A DNA stretch of 64,000 nt from assembly GCA_031385045.1 (NCBI GenBank), contig JANNBC010000007.1, forward strand, positions 1 through 64,000. Direction: 5' to 3'. The position numbers were made by a program, and so were the translations under genes. Within the stretch, counting starts at the first letter, position 1. Each line of letters opens with the position of its first letter. The DNA is from a bacterium. GTDB lineage: Bacteria > Bdellovibrionota_C > UBA2361 > CALJRW01. This document shows, piece after piece, positions 30,253 through 39,897 of the stretch. A model generated the notes under the pieces. The model saw only the letters and a list, made by a program, of their open reading frames with translations, had not been told where the DNA came from and ran no database searches.

Positions 30253-30598
30253 TTTTATTAAACCGATAAGAGACCGAAATGGAATCTACTTGGGTCATCA
30301 CATTTTTACAAGCTTTAAGTTCAACTGACTCAATTAAAGGATTTAAGTCACTAATAAAAACTGCTAGCTGATAAACAAACTTTTCCATCAATTGCCATTC
30401 GCGATTGATTAGGTATGAGGTAATTTTTTGACAAACCTCAGTGTAGTCGATCGTTAAAGAAAGATCATCAGTTGCTATTGCCCGAGCGAAATCACCAGCT
30501 AGCTCAATGTTTAAACTAATGATCTGGGGGAAAGCACGCTCTTGCTCTGTAACACCAATTTTCACTTCCTGTCGGAAATTATTTATAAAAATCTTCAT
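30233..30598 (-). CDS. folB: Dihydroneopterin aldolase
   Basis: IGVTEQER..PQ, TDDLSLTIDY, LMEK, V.LK..K. Confidence 0.88.
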   Translation of the reverse strand: MKIFINNFRQEVKIGVTEQERAFPQIISLNIELAGDFARAIATDDLSLTIDYTEVCQKITSYLINREWQLMEKFVYQLAVFISDLNPLIESVELKACKNVMTQVDSISVSYRFNKNEAGKV

Positions 30599-30601
30599 AA
30601 T

Positions 30602-31795
30602 TTAATTAGAGTCTTTAAGTAGCTGGCCCGCAATCACTAATTTTTGGATCTCACTGGTTCCTTCATAAATTTCGGTAATTTTAGCATCACAGAGATGGCG
30701 CTCAACTGGGTACTCCTTGACATAACCATAACCTCCATGAATTTGCAGAGCCTTATTACAAACAAATGAGGCCATCTCGGAAGAAAAGAGTTTAGCCATT
30801 GCAGCTTGTCTAGAATAATTCTTACCTTGCTCTTTTAAACGTGCAGCACCTAAAGTTAAATATCTAGCCGCATCAATTTGGCAAATCATTTCGGCTAGGT
30901 AGTTTTGAATACTTTGATGCTCAACAATTGGCTTCCCAAAAGTTTTTCGCTGACTTCCGTATTCAACAGCAGCTCGCAAAGCACTCCTTGCAATCCCAAC
31001 CGCTTGAGCACCAATTCCAATTCTCCCACCATTTAGTGTCTTCATGGCGATCGTGAATCCGTCACCTTCATTTCCAAGTAAGTTTGCTTTACTTAAACGC
31101 ACATTATCATAATGAATACTGGCCGTTGGAGAAGCACAAATCCCTAGCTTCTCTTCTTTCTTCCCAACAGTAATTCCAGGGAGCATCATAGAATGAACAA
31201 AGGCATTAACCCCATGGTGTTTCTTGCTAGCATCCTGCATTGCTAATAAGACACAAGTCCCTGCAATTGGTGCATTGGTAATCCAATTTTTTGTGCCGTT
31301 AATAATGTAATCTTCACCATCTTTAGTGGCCGTACATTGTAAATTAGAAGCATCACTTCCCGTCCCAGGCTCAGACAAAGCAAAACATCCCACTTTTTTT
31401 CCAGTTGCTAGATCAGGCAGGAAATTTAATTTCTGTTCAGCATTTCCAAATTCTAAAATTGGCCAAATACACAGCGAATTGTGGGCACTAATTATTACAC
31501 AAGTTGAGGCGCAACCAGCAGCTATCTCCTCGCCTATTAAGGCATAGGCTACCTGAGAAAGCCCTGACCCTCCAAATTCTTCGGGAGTACAAATACCTAA
31601 AAATCCAAGTTCAGCTAACTTTGGGACTAAGGACATTTCAAACTGATGACCATGATCCATTTTTGCGGCGATTGGCCTAAGCTCCTGCTCCGCAAAATCA
31701 CGGGCTGCTTGTTGAACCATCCTTTCGTCTTCTGTTAATTCCAAAGCAAAACCATCTTCCCATTTCATTGACATGATCTGATCTCCATTTTCCAA
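30602..31795 (-). CDS. Acyl-CoA dehydrogenase (short/branched-chain type)
   Basis: CFALSEPGTGSDA, NGTKNWITN, LNGGRIGI, QIHGGYGY, IYEGTSEIQ. Start may be an ATG a few codons downstream. Confidence 0.93.
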   Translation of the reverse strand: MENGDQIMSMKWEDGFALELTEDERMVQQAARDFAEQELRPIAAKMDHGHQFEMSLVPKLAELGFLGICTPEEFGGSGLSQVAYALIGEEIAAGCASTCVIISAHNSLCIWPILEFGNAEQKLNFLPDLATGKKVGCFALSEPGTGSDASNLQCTATKDGEDYIINGTKNWITNAPIAGTCVLLAMQDASKKHHGVNAFVHSMMLPGITVGKKEEKLGICASPTASIHYDNVRLSKANLLGNEGDGFTIAMKTLNGGRIGIGAQAVGIARSALRAAVEYGSQRKTFGKPIVEHQSIQNYLAEMICQIDAARYLTLGAARLKEQGKNYSRQAAMAKLFSSEMASFVCNKALQIHGGYGYVKEYPVERHLCDAKITEIYEGTSEIQKLVIAGQLLKDSN

Positions 31796-31804
31796 TTTAA
31801 ATTA

Positions 31805-32146
31805 TTAGCCTGGTGGCCAGTTAAGCTTGCGACCAGCTAAAAGATGTAGGTGCAAATGAGGCACTTCCTGCCCTGCATCAACGCCATTATTAATCACAAT
31901 TCGATAACCATTTTCTTTAATTCCTAGTTGAAGAGCTAACTCCTTACTGACTAAAAGCAATTCTCCCAAAAGGGCTTGTTGCCCTTCTTGCGCTTGCAAT
32001 AAGTTAACAATTAGAATTTTAGGAATGATTAGTAAATGGATCGGCGCCTGAGGGTTAATGTCTTTGATGGCAATTACGCGTTCATTTTCAAAAACAATTG
32101 TAGCTGGAATTTCCCGATTAATAATTTTTTCAAAAAGACTATTCAT
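31805..32146 (-). CDS. HIT-family nucleotide-binding protein (Hint)
   Basis: DINPQAPIHLLIIPK, AGQEVPHLHLHLLAGR.L.WPPG. Confidence 0.93.
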   Translation of the reverse strand: MNSLFEKIINREIPATIVFENERVIAIKDINPQAPIHLLIIPKILIVNLLQAQEGQQALLGELLLVSKELALQLGIKENGYRIVINNGVDAGQEVPHLHLHLLAGRKLNWPPG

Positions 32147-32267
32147 CAGTTAAGGCTACTACAATTCTAGTCTTTCAGAAAATACAATAAAAACTGTATA
32201 ATTTTAGTTTTTAACAGCGTGTTAGACACTCTCTCGTTTATAATATTTAATTTTCCTGACTGAGTGA

Positions 32268-34118
32268 ATGAAAAGAATCCTCTATTATACTTACCAAGCA
32301 ATATTTATTTCAGGAATTCTATTTATTGTAATTTTACAAACAAAAAATCTCAATCCAAATAAATTATTTTCATCTAATTTAACATATCGCTATCAAACTG
32401 AAGCATTCCTAAAGGGTCAACTAGCCTCCATTGATACAATTTTTCAATCTAGACCTGACTATGCCATCGGAGTTAATGGACTGTATCAGATGTGGGGACT
32501 GGGAACTCCATTAATCAGACTGCCTTTTGAAATCATTGCTAGGCTTTGTGGATACCAAGCCTTCCCCGACCTCCTAGTCCTAACAATGCTTTTTTCAATT
32601 GCTATCCTTTCTTTATATCAAGGAATTCTAAGACATCTTCAACCAGAAAATTTTTGGTCACACTTCTTAACTGCGGCAGTTGTATCAAGCATAATGCTCT
32701 CTTCTCAAATAGTTATTTTGATTACACATAGCCATGGAGTCTATGAAGAAGCTATCCTAGTCTTAGTCCTTTGGAGCCTAATAATTATCGGGCAATTTCT
32801 TTCATTAATTATCGATCATAGTAAAAGACGCTACCTACTAATTGCCGCGCTGTCTGGATTTGCAATCTTAATAAGACCCACGGGAGCTTTGATTGGCTTA
32901 GGCGTATTAATCGCTGCGAGTTATGAACTAAAAGCTAATAAAAAAATTATCTTTCTCGGTTGTCTTATTTTTCTTTTTTTAGTCTCTAGTAATTTAACAC
33001 TGAACTATTTACGCTTTGAAGATCCCTTAGAATTTGGCTATGAGCTTCAAGTAAATAGTATAAAATATGCTAATTATACAACAAATTTCTCCCAAGCATT
33101 TAACTCACTTCCCCTGACAGATAGACTAAAAGACACCATTGGAGCAATGTTTTTTGTTCCACTATTAAATAATTTTGATATTTTTCGTAGCAAATTCTAT
33201 CCAGGTGAAGCTGAGGTTTTTCGAATTAGAGAACTTTACTTTTGGGTATTTTCTAAGATCCACCTATGTATTTTTATCATTCCCTTGTTAGTCTTAATTA
33301 GTTTAATAAGAAAAAATTTACGAGATCGGATTGGCTATCTTTCAAGTTTATGCCTTTGGTGTATCGGAAGTTTTTTGATACTGATATACTTTTATAGTAG
33401 TTCGATCGCCATCAATTCCAGATATTGGTTAGATTTTTACCCCACATTTGCTGCTACTTTAATTCTAGCAATTCTCCTCTTTAAAAAAATCTTGCCATTA
33501 AAAAACTCGGAATCTTACCTCCTCCTAATCTTAATACTTCTTGTCTATAATTACTGTCAGCAACCTGATCCTAACAAATGGACGAGATCTACAGCTAACA
33601 TTAATAATCGCTCCTTAGATTATTCCAGTATTCAAGCAAAATTACTTAAGCCTGCAAAACCCCCAGCCTTTAGTGTCTTACCATCAGCATATAGCTGTAA
33701 TAATCAAATAGATGAAAGTTGCGATCGAATACTGACTTACAATAAGCTTGGTTGGGATTATAATAAAACTTGCTTAGTCAGCTATCTAACTATTTTATAT
33801 CTTGCAGAGAGTGATTGCATTACCCTAAGAGTGCGAACAAAGTCACCAGATAATTTTGACCAAATAAAAATCAAATCTAACATTGATGATTCTTTATTAA
33901 TGGAAAAAACTCCCCTAGAAGGCTCGAGATACGATCTAAAATTTTGCCATCAAGAGAAATTCTTTACTAGTAGTAATCCAAATCGAAAAATTACAATTGC
34001 CTGGACTGGACCAGAAAACATTCAACACTTCAATCCAAAATATTTCTTAATGCAAATCTGGAATTCTAGTTCTACATCTCAGTTATTCACCAACCCAAAT
34101 CTATTTAGATGTCAGTAA
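32268..34118 (+). CDS. Polytopic membrane protein, probable GT-C glycosyltransferase-like
   Basis: Many TMs, GVYEEAI, LIRPT, NYLRFEDPLEFGY, NSRY; Cys-containing C-terminal domain. Confidence 0.55.
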   Translation: MKRILYYTYQAIFISGILFIVILQTKNLNPNKLFSSNLTYRYQTEAFLKGQLASIDTIFQSRPDYAIGVNGLYQMWGLGTPLIRLPFEIIARLCGYQAFPDLLVLTMLFSIAILSLYQGILRHLQPENFWSHFLTAAVVSSIMLSSQIVILITHSHGVYEEAILVLVLWSLIIIGQFLSLIIDHSKRRYLLIAALSGFAILIRPTGALIGLGVLIAASYELKANKKIIFLGCLIFLFLVSSNLTLNYLRFEDPLEFGYELQVNSIKYANYTTNFSQAFNSLPLTDRLKDTIGAMFFVPLLNNFDIFRSKFYPGEAEVFRIRELYFWVFSKIHLCIFIIPLLVLISLIRKNLRDRIGYLSSLCLWCIGSFLILIYFYSSSIAINSRYWLDFYPTFAATLILAILLFKKILPLKNSESYLLLILILLVYNYCQQPDPNKWTRSTANINNRSLDYSSIQAKLLKPAKPPAFSVLPSAYSCNNQIDESCDRILTYNKLGWDYNKTCLVSYLTILYLAESDCITLRVRTKSPDNFDQIKIKSNIDDSLLMEKTPLEGSRYDLKFCHQEKFFTSSNPNRKITIAWTGPENIQHFNPKYFLMQIWNSSSTSQLFTNPNLFRCQ

Positions 34119-34139
34119 AATATTAGCTGCCCCGATCAG

Positions 34140-36245
34140 CTAAATAATTTCATTAAAGCGATCATTTTGGATTGTGATTGTTCCAGATGCATCATCAAAA
34201 TTAATCTCTAATAAGTTTGCTACGCCATCTTTAATATCATCCAAATGAGTAATTAATAGGATTTGTTCAAAGCGACTTTGCAGTTTTTCCAGAAGAGTTA
34301 AAACATTTGCTCGCCGATTTTCGTCTAATGAGCCAAAAACTTCATCTAAGATTAAAAATGAGAGATTCTGCCCAGCACGTTCAGTTATTAAACTTGAGAG
34401 GGCTAAGCGCAAACATAGATCCAACAAATCTTCCTCTCCACCACTGAGAATACTTTTAGTAATTCCATCTTCATAAATAATCGGTGAAAAATCTTCTGCT
34501 ATTATAACATTGGAGTATCTACCATCTGATAACTCTGCTAGATAACTACTGGCTAATTCAGCAAGACGTGGACGAATAGTACTATTTAGATTCTTTCTAA
34601 AATCACCTAATACTTGATCTGCTTGATCAAGAGTAATCAATTCCTTACGACGGGTAGTCAGATCAGCGTTCTTTAGTTGATACTCTAATAACTCCTGTTT
34701 GCTTCGCGCTAACATTGCCTCAACTTCACGAATTTCACCTTCATTCCGTACTTTTTGTAAACGAGTAGCACTGAGCAAAGTAATTCCACTCTCGGCATTA
34801 GCCCTCACCTTGAGATAAACATTTTCTAGAAACCCAAGTTGCGTTGCTTCTTTTTCCAGCTCTACTAACTTCTGTTCAAAAATCTCTACTTCGGCAGTAA
34901 GCTTCAGAAGCTCCTGCTGATTATTTTGTAATTTTAAGATCTCCCGCTGTGAGCCTTGTAAAGTTGTCAGGCGACCTTGTTGCTTGTTAAGCAATAATTT
35001 TAAATCTACAATTTGCTGATTTAGTTGGGTTTCTTTTCGCTGTTCTTGTTTAATGAATTGAATTTCTGATTCTTTTAATAATAAAAGATTAGCATGCTCC
35101 AATTTTTCCTTTTCTAATTGCTTGGCTACGGTCTGAAATTCAGCTCCTAAAAGTTGTCCGCAAGTTGGGCATTCACTACCACTCTGGAGCTTTTTTAAAG
35201 CACCTAGTTTTTTATCTATTTGCGATATCTGACTTTTCAAAACTGCCAGATCGGCATTCTTTTGACTCAATAAACTTTGTTTTTGATTATGTTCTTCTTG
35301 TAACTGAAGATTATATCCCAAAATTGAGTTTTGGAATTCTAAAACTTGAGATTGTAACTCTGATAACTCAATTCTAAGCAATTCCAGATCAAAACTAGCA
35401 CCAAGTGCAAGCTGCAAATCAGTAGATAATTTTTTATTTTGAGTAATTAAATCTGCAACTTTATTTTTTATTAATTGCTTGGAATTTTGAGCTAAGGCGA
35501 TTTGCTGAGTAGTGTGAAAATACTTTTTCTGAAGTATCTCATAGTTTTTTAATTCTTCTTGAGCAATTTTATTACTTAAGTCTGCTTGGCTTAAAACTTT
35601 GATGGCGTCTTGTTCTAAAATTTTTAGTTTTTTTAAGCTAGCCTCTTCTGATTTAATCCGATTTTCAATGAAATTTAAATCACCTAAACTAGCGGTAAGT
35701 CCACTAACTAAATTACGTAAATCACGTCGTTCCTCACGAAGGGTGATTTGAATTTTCTCCAAGCGATCATACCCAATCATTCGAGTAATAAATTTTTCTC
35801 GCTCGGCAGTCCCCTTTTTACCTGAGAGAAACTCTAAAGATTTTTGTTCAGTGTAATACGATGCAAGAAATTCATCTAAGCTGAGGCCTAGAATCTCAAC
35901 AACTCTTTGGGCAACAGCCTTATTACCACTAACGATATAATTACTCTGCCCGCCTATATATAACTCAGCAGTGACTAGGTCTCGGTAGATACGATAATTC
36001 TCTCCTTCACTATTAAAAACTAGCTCGGCAGAAGTGATTGCGTTTGATGGCAAGCCAAATGTACGCACATCATCAACTTTACCTCGCAGTGCTCGCGAAC
36101 CATAAAGAGCAAAAGCTAAAGCTTCGACAACGGTAGATTTACCTGCTCCATTATTACCAATAATACCAGTTAAGCCGTCTGCAAATTGAATTCTACTATC
36201 AGCATGCTGACGGAAATTTTTTAGATTCAAACTAATCAGCTTCAC
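34140..36245 (-). CDS. sbcC: SbcC/Rad50 SMC-family ATPase
   Basis: GNNGAGKST, coiled coil with zinc hook CPTCG, LSGGE, LILDEVFGSLD, ITH. GTG start at 36245 has a GGAGG RBS. Confidence 0.9.
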   Translation of the reverse strand: MKLISLNLKNFRQHADSRIQFADGLTGIIGNNGAGKSTVVEALAFALYGSRALRGKVDDVRTFGLPSNAITSAELVFNSEGENYRIYRDLVTAELYIGGQSNYIVSGNKAVAQRVVEILGLSLDEFLASYYTEQKSLEFLSGKKGTAEREKFITRMIGYDRLEKIQITLREERRDLRNLVSGLTASLGDLNFIENRIKSEEASLKKLKILEQDAIKVLSQADLSNKIAQEELKNYEILQKKYFHTTQQIALAQNSKQLIKNKVADLITQNKKLSTDLQLALGASFDLELLRIELSELQSQVLEFQNSILGYNLQLQEEHNQKQSLLSQKNADLAVLKSQISQIDKKLGALKKLQSGSECPTCGQLLGAEFQTVAKQLEKEKLEHANLLLLKESEIQFIKQEQRKETQLNQQIVDLKLLLNKQQGRLTTLQGSQREILKLQNNQQELLKLTAEVEIFEQKLVELEKEATQLGFLENVYLKVRANAESGITLLSATRLQKVRNEGEIREVEAMLARSKQELLEYQLKNADLTTRRKELITLDQADQVLGDFRKNLNSTIRPRLAELASSYLAELSDGRYSNVIIAEDFSPIIYEDGITKSILSGGEEDLLDLCLRLALSSLITERAGQNLSFLILDEVFGSLDENRRANVLTLLEKLQSRFEQILLITHLDDIKDGVANLLEINFDDASGTITIQNDRFNEII

Positions 36246-37383
36246 TTGCAACCTCCAGGGCATCTAGATAACTACAAAGTTTATCTATCACTAAAGAATC
36301 CGCAACATGTTGCTGTGTGCAAAAATTAATTAGTTCTTGTTTTAAAGGCAAAGCCTGCTGCTGGAGTCCAGATACTTGATAAGTATTCTCTGACGGCGGG
36401 CGATAATCAATCATCAAATTCAAGGCCAGCGCCCGCCAATTCTTAATCTTTCGATGATCTAATAAAGCATAATTCTGTCGAGTTAAATTAAGTAAGTCGA
36501 TCCGAACTATCTTACCCTCGATTCCTCCCACAACACTATCAATATTTTGTTGCAAAAGCTCCATCACTTGTTCGGGTAATAAAGCCAGAACATCAATCTC
36601 TGGAATCATTACTAATTGTCGCGGAGCCGTTAATGGATAAAAAGTTTTTGTTAATGAAGGTAAGTTAATTTCAACAAAACCTTTTTCGGTGTTCTCTTGC
36701 CAGATGTTTTTTGCAGTATGTTCAATCGCACCTGAATAAACCATTTGACTAGTCACTTCCTGGTATACATGAACATGACCTAAAGCTATATAATCCCACT
36801 CTCCTGATACAAATTGTTTAAAGCTGAGATTAGCTCCACCAAAATCACTCATGAATTGATTGCCAACCTGCGCATGAGTTACCAGAATATTAAATCTAAA
36901 TTGATCATTGGCGCGAACATTCCATTTTTGTTTTCCCTCCAAAACGGCATGTGGCAAACACGTAACGGCAAGATTTAGTTTGGGGAAAGTGAATGTCTCC
37001 ACTTTATGATCAGAAATATAAACTTGATCCAATTCTTGAAATAGCTTCAGTAAACTACCACTATCAACTCGCTTCGGTGTATCATGATTTCCAGCTAATA
37101 GTATGACTGGGGCATTCGTTTGATCTGCTAATCTTTTAATTTCCTTGAAGGCAAAAGTGATTACAGCATTGGAAGGGCGAACAGTATGGAAAAGATCGCC
37201 CGCAATTAGCGTGCAATCTGGCTGAATTGTAATGATTCGATCAATCGCTTCACGAAAAGCTTGGTTAACATCGACTTCCCGCTGATTAAATCCTCGCTCA
37301 CTTAACTTATTATATCTACGATACCCCAGATGCAAATCTGCTAAGTGACAAATTTTTAAATTTTCTTTGAGGCTCTCAATCAT
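36232..37383 (-). CDS. sbcD: SbcD/Mre11 metallophosphoesterase nuclease
   Basis: DLHLG, AGDLF, GNHD, YIALGHVH, YSGAIE. Confidence 0.92.
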   Translation of the reverse strand: MIESLKENLKICHLADLHLGYRRYNKLSERGFNQREVDVNQAFREAIDRIITIQPDCTLIAGDLFHTVRPSNAVITFAFKEIKRLADQTNAPVILLAGNHDTPKRVDSGSLLKLFQELDQVYISDHKVETFTFPKLNLAVTCLPHAVLEGKQKWNVRANDQFRFNILVTHAQVGNQFMSDFGGANLSFKQFVSGEWDYIALGHVHVYQEVTSQMVYSGAIEHTAKNIWQENTEKGFVEINLPSLTKTFYPLTAPRQLVMIPEIDVLALLPEQVMELLQQNIDSVVGGIEGKIVRIDLLNLTRQNYALLDHRKIKNWRALALNLMIDYRPPSENTYQVSGLQQQALPLKQELINFCTQQHVADSLVIDKLCSYLDALEVASEAD

Positions 37384-37421
37384 TTAGAACAACTTAGCAA
37401 ATAATTGCCCGATTATGAAGC

Positions 37422-38105
37422 ATGAATGAGATCAATAAAATAACAAGTGATTTTTCTAGGACCTATCTAATTAACGGCGTAAATGTCTCAACGGATGACT
37501 ATCTCGTGGCACAAGACCGATTAAAAAATATAATCCACACCCCAGTGAATTCTAGCTATAATCCAACTTCCGGGCTAATCGCCGATCTGTCCAATTCGCT
37601 ATGGGGATTAATAAGTAATCAGTCGGGGCTTGAGCTAGAACAAGAAGCTAGCACTCAATTGGAGCTAAGCTTACGAAAAGATTTAAAGGCTAACCAGCAA
37701 ATTAAGATTTTTGCTCATAGCCAAGGAAGTATTATTCTGAGGAATGTTCTAGTAAAGCTAGCGGATTGTGGAATATCTTTAAATTCAATTAAGGTTTTTA
37801 CTTTTGGGGCAGCTAATTATCTCTGGCCAAAAAATTTACAGGTATATTCATTCACTAATAGATCCGATTATCTCGCACGAAGCCTAGATAACCTTAATCA
37901 ACAATATGCTTACTATGTTTTAAGCCCCTGGGAGAAAATACAAAAATTTTTGGGGCTTCAAAGTGATCGGAATGAGTTAGAATACAAAGGATCTTTAATT
38001 ATTAATAAAAAGATTGAAAATCCATTAAAAGCACATGAATGGGATAGTTATTTAGATAATTTTAATATAATAAACCCAAAAACAAATTTCCGAAAAAGGT
38101 TCTAG
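37422..38105 (+). CDS. Hypothetical alpha/beta-hydrolase-like protein
   Basis: YLINGV, AHSQG nucleophile-elbow motif, TFGAA, N..D, H.W..Y; the last codons come from a repeat element. Confidence 0.55.
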   Translation: MNEINKITSDFSRTYLINGVNVSTDDYLVAQDRLKNIIHTPVNSSYNPTSGLIADLSNSLWGLISNQSGLELEQEASTQLELSLRKDLKANQQIKIFAHSQGSIILRNVLVKLADCGISLNSIKVFTFGAANYLWPKNLQVYSFTNRSDYLARSLDNLNQQYAYYVLSPWEKIQKFLGLQSDRNELEYKGSLIINKKIENPLKAHEWDSYLDNFNIINPKTNFRKRF

Positions 38106-38302
38106 GTGCTAACAATAATAGGTATTAATGAGAACGCTATGATTAGCAGAGAACTGATTAACGGCCTTTGATAAACCTTTGGTTTAACTGAGTTTATTTG
38201 ATGGGTTTACTATTTGTCTTTTGGATCCCGGCTGGTCGCTACGATAGTCATAACTGTCTGATTTTAATTTCCTAACGGAAATTAGTTTTTGGAATGACTA
38301 TA
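38066..38302 (+). repeat. Dispersed composite hairpin element, copy B (lacks the inner REP-like hairpin)
   Basis: TATAATAAACCCAAAAACAAATTTCCG...GGGTTTACTAT (38066-38213) and ATAGTCAT...TAATTTCCTAACGGAAATTA...GGAATGACTATA (38244-38302); colinear with copy A. Confidence 0.85.
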
Positions 38303-38312
38303 GATCTAAAAA

Positions 38313-39188
38313 CTAGTTCATATCATTTTCCATAAACTCAATAATCTTGGAGGCGATATCCATTTTAGTAACTTTTTCAATACCACCTAATCCTGGAGAA
38401 GAATTTACTTCAAGGACTAATGGTCCGAGATTAGAGCGAATTAAATCTACCCCACCACACCTGATCCCAAGTGCTTGCGCTGCTCTAATTGCAACATCTC
38501 GTTCTTCTTCAGTGATGTCAATTAATTCAGCCTGACCACCAAGATGTAGATTCGCCCGATACTCACCTTCCTTAGCTCGTCGTTGCATAGAAGCAATGAC
38601 ATTATTACCAAGTACGATACAACGAATATCGGCATTCCCTGCTTCAGCAACAAATTGCTGAACTAAGAAGTAGGCATCTAGGCCACGAAATGCATTGATT
38701 AAACTTTCTGCAGCTTTATTAGTTTCTGCTAAAATTACACCATTGCCCTGGGTTCCATACAATAACTTAACAATAAGTGGAGCTCCACCAACCATCGAAA
38801 TTAAATCATGAGTTCGTTTTGTCGAATGGGCGAATCCAGTAATTGGCATAGGAATACCATTGCGTGCAAAGACTTGGTGAGCATGTAACTTATCACGAGC
38901 TTCAAGAATTGCAGCAGAAGAATTAAGGGCATGAACTCCCTGAGCTTCAAATTGTCTTAAAACAGCAGTCCCATAAAACGTATTAGAAGCACCAATCCTA
39001 GGGATCACCGCATCAAAATCCTGTAAGATTTGTTCCTGATAATGAATTTCTGCGTTGCCACCTGAGAGACCAATATAACAACCTAAATGATCAACCACAT
39101 GAGCCTGATGGCCACGCATTACGGCGGCTTCGTAAAGTCTTTTTGTCGAATAGATCCCAGAACTTCTGGATAGAATTGCTAATTTCAT
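38313..39188 (-). CDS. rimK: RimK-family alpha-L-glutamate ligase
   Basis: YSTKRL, DAVIPRIGAS.TFYG, GTQGNGV, YRANLHLGG, EVNSSPGL.GIE. Confidence 0.95.
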   Translation of the reverse strand: MKLAILSRSSGIYSTKRLYEAAVMRGHQAHVVDHLGCYIGLSGGNAEIHYQEQILQDFDAVIPRIGASNTFYGTAVLRQFEAQGVHALNSSAAILEARDKLHAHQVFARNGIPMPITGFAHSTKRTHDLISMVGGAPLIVKLLYGTQGNGVILAETNKAAESLINAFRGLDAYFLVQQFVAEAGNADIRCIVLGNNVIASMQRRAKEGEYRANLHLGGQAELIDITEEERDVAIRAAQALGIRCGGVDLIRSNLGPLVLEVNSSPGLGGIEKVTKMDIASKIIEFMENDMN

Positions 39189-39199
39189 AAATTTTTCCT

Positions 39200-39652
39200 T
39201 TAGGATTGAAAATGGCTACCGCTCACATCAACTACAAAACGATTTTTAATAGACAACCTACCTAGAAGCATGCGATATCGCATTGCTGAACGATCAATTA
39301 AAGATAAATGAATCTTCCAAACCAGATTTCCCACCTTGATCCTTGTTACAATAACAGGACGCTTCGTGTAGTGCCCGTTTGAGCTAACTACAGTCTTTAC
39401 ATCTTTTAAAGGCGCCTTTGCAGGAATGGAAGTAAATGCTCCCCACTCACCTACAATGATGTCAAAATGAACGAATCTTTTGCCATCGATTTTCTTTAAT
39501 TTAATATTATCGGCATGTAAGGCGGATATTTTTGCACCAGTATCAATCCGAGCCTTCAATTTTTTAATTCCTAGGTCAGGAAGTGAGATATACTCTACTG
39601 CTCCAATAATCAGCTTTCCCTCGGAATTTTTTGGTTTTTTAGAGAAAAACAT
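39200..39652 (-). CDS. RimK-associated putative protease (RimB-like)
   Basis: ARIDTGAKISALHA, SSNG...RPV, L.DRSAMRYRMLLGR; adjacent to rimK. Confidence 0.88.
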   Translation of the reverse strand: MFFSKKPKNSEGKLIIGAVEYISLPDLGIKKLKARIDTGAKISALHADNIKLKKIDGKRFVHFDIIVGEWGAFTSIPAKAPLKDVKTVVSSNGHYTKRPVIVTRIKVGNLVWKIHLSLIDRSAMRYRMLLGRLSIKNRFVVDVSGSHFQS

Positions 39653-39897
39653 AAGATTAACTTAAGACGACAAGCCAAATTGTTAAATATTGGCTCTTAC
39701 TAAACTTGACTGGACTCAAGGACTGCAGGACTAGTTTTATTATTAATATCAGATTTAAGCAATTATGTAGGTTTATAATAGGCGACATTCTACTAGGAAA
39801 AACCGAATAGCTTTTAGTATCGCCTTGGTCTCTGGAAATTATTCTATTAATCTAGTAAGGTTAGCCCTCATTAAAACCTAATTGATAGTTAAAGATT

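Noticed and set aside
34140..37383. SMC ATPase + nuclease as an anti-phage or anti-plasmid system (Wadjet/Lamassu)
   Set aside because: Zinc hook and Mre11-type partner fit ordinary SbcCD; no kleisin, KITE or effector genes adjacent.
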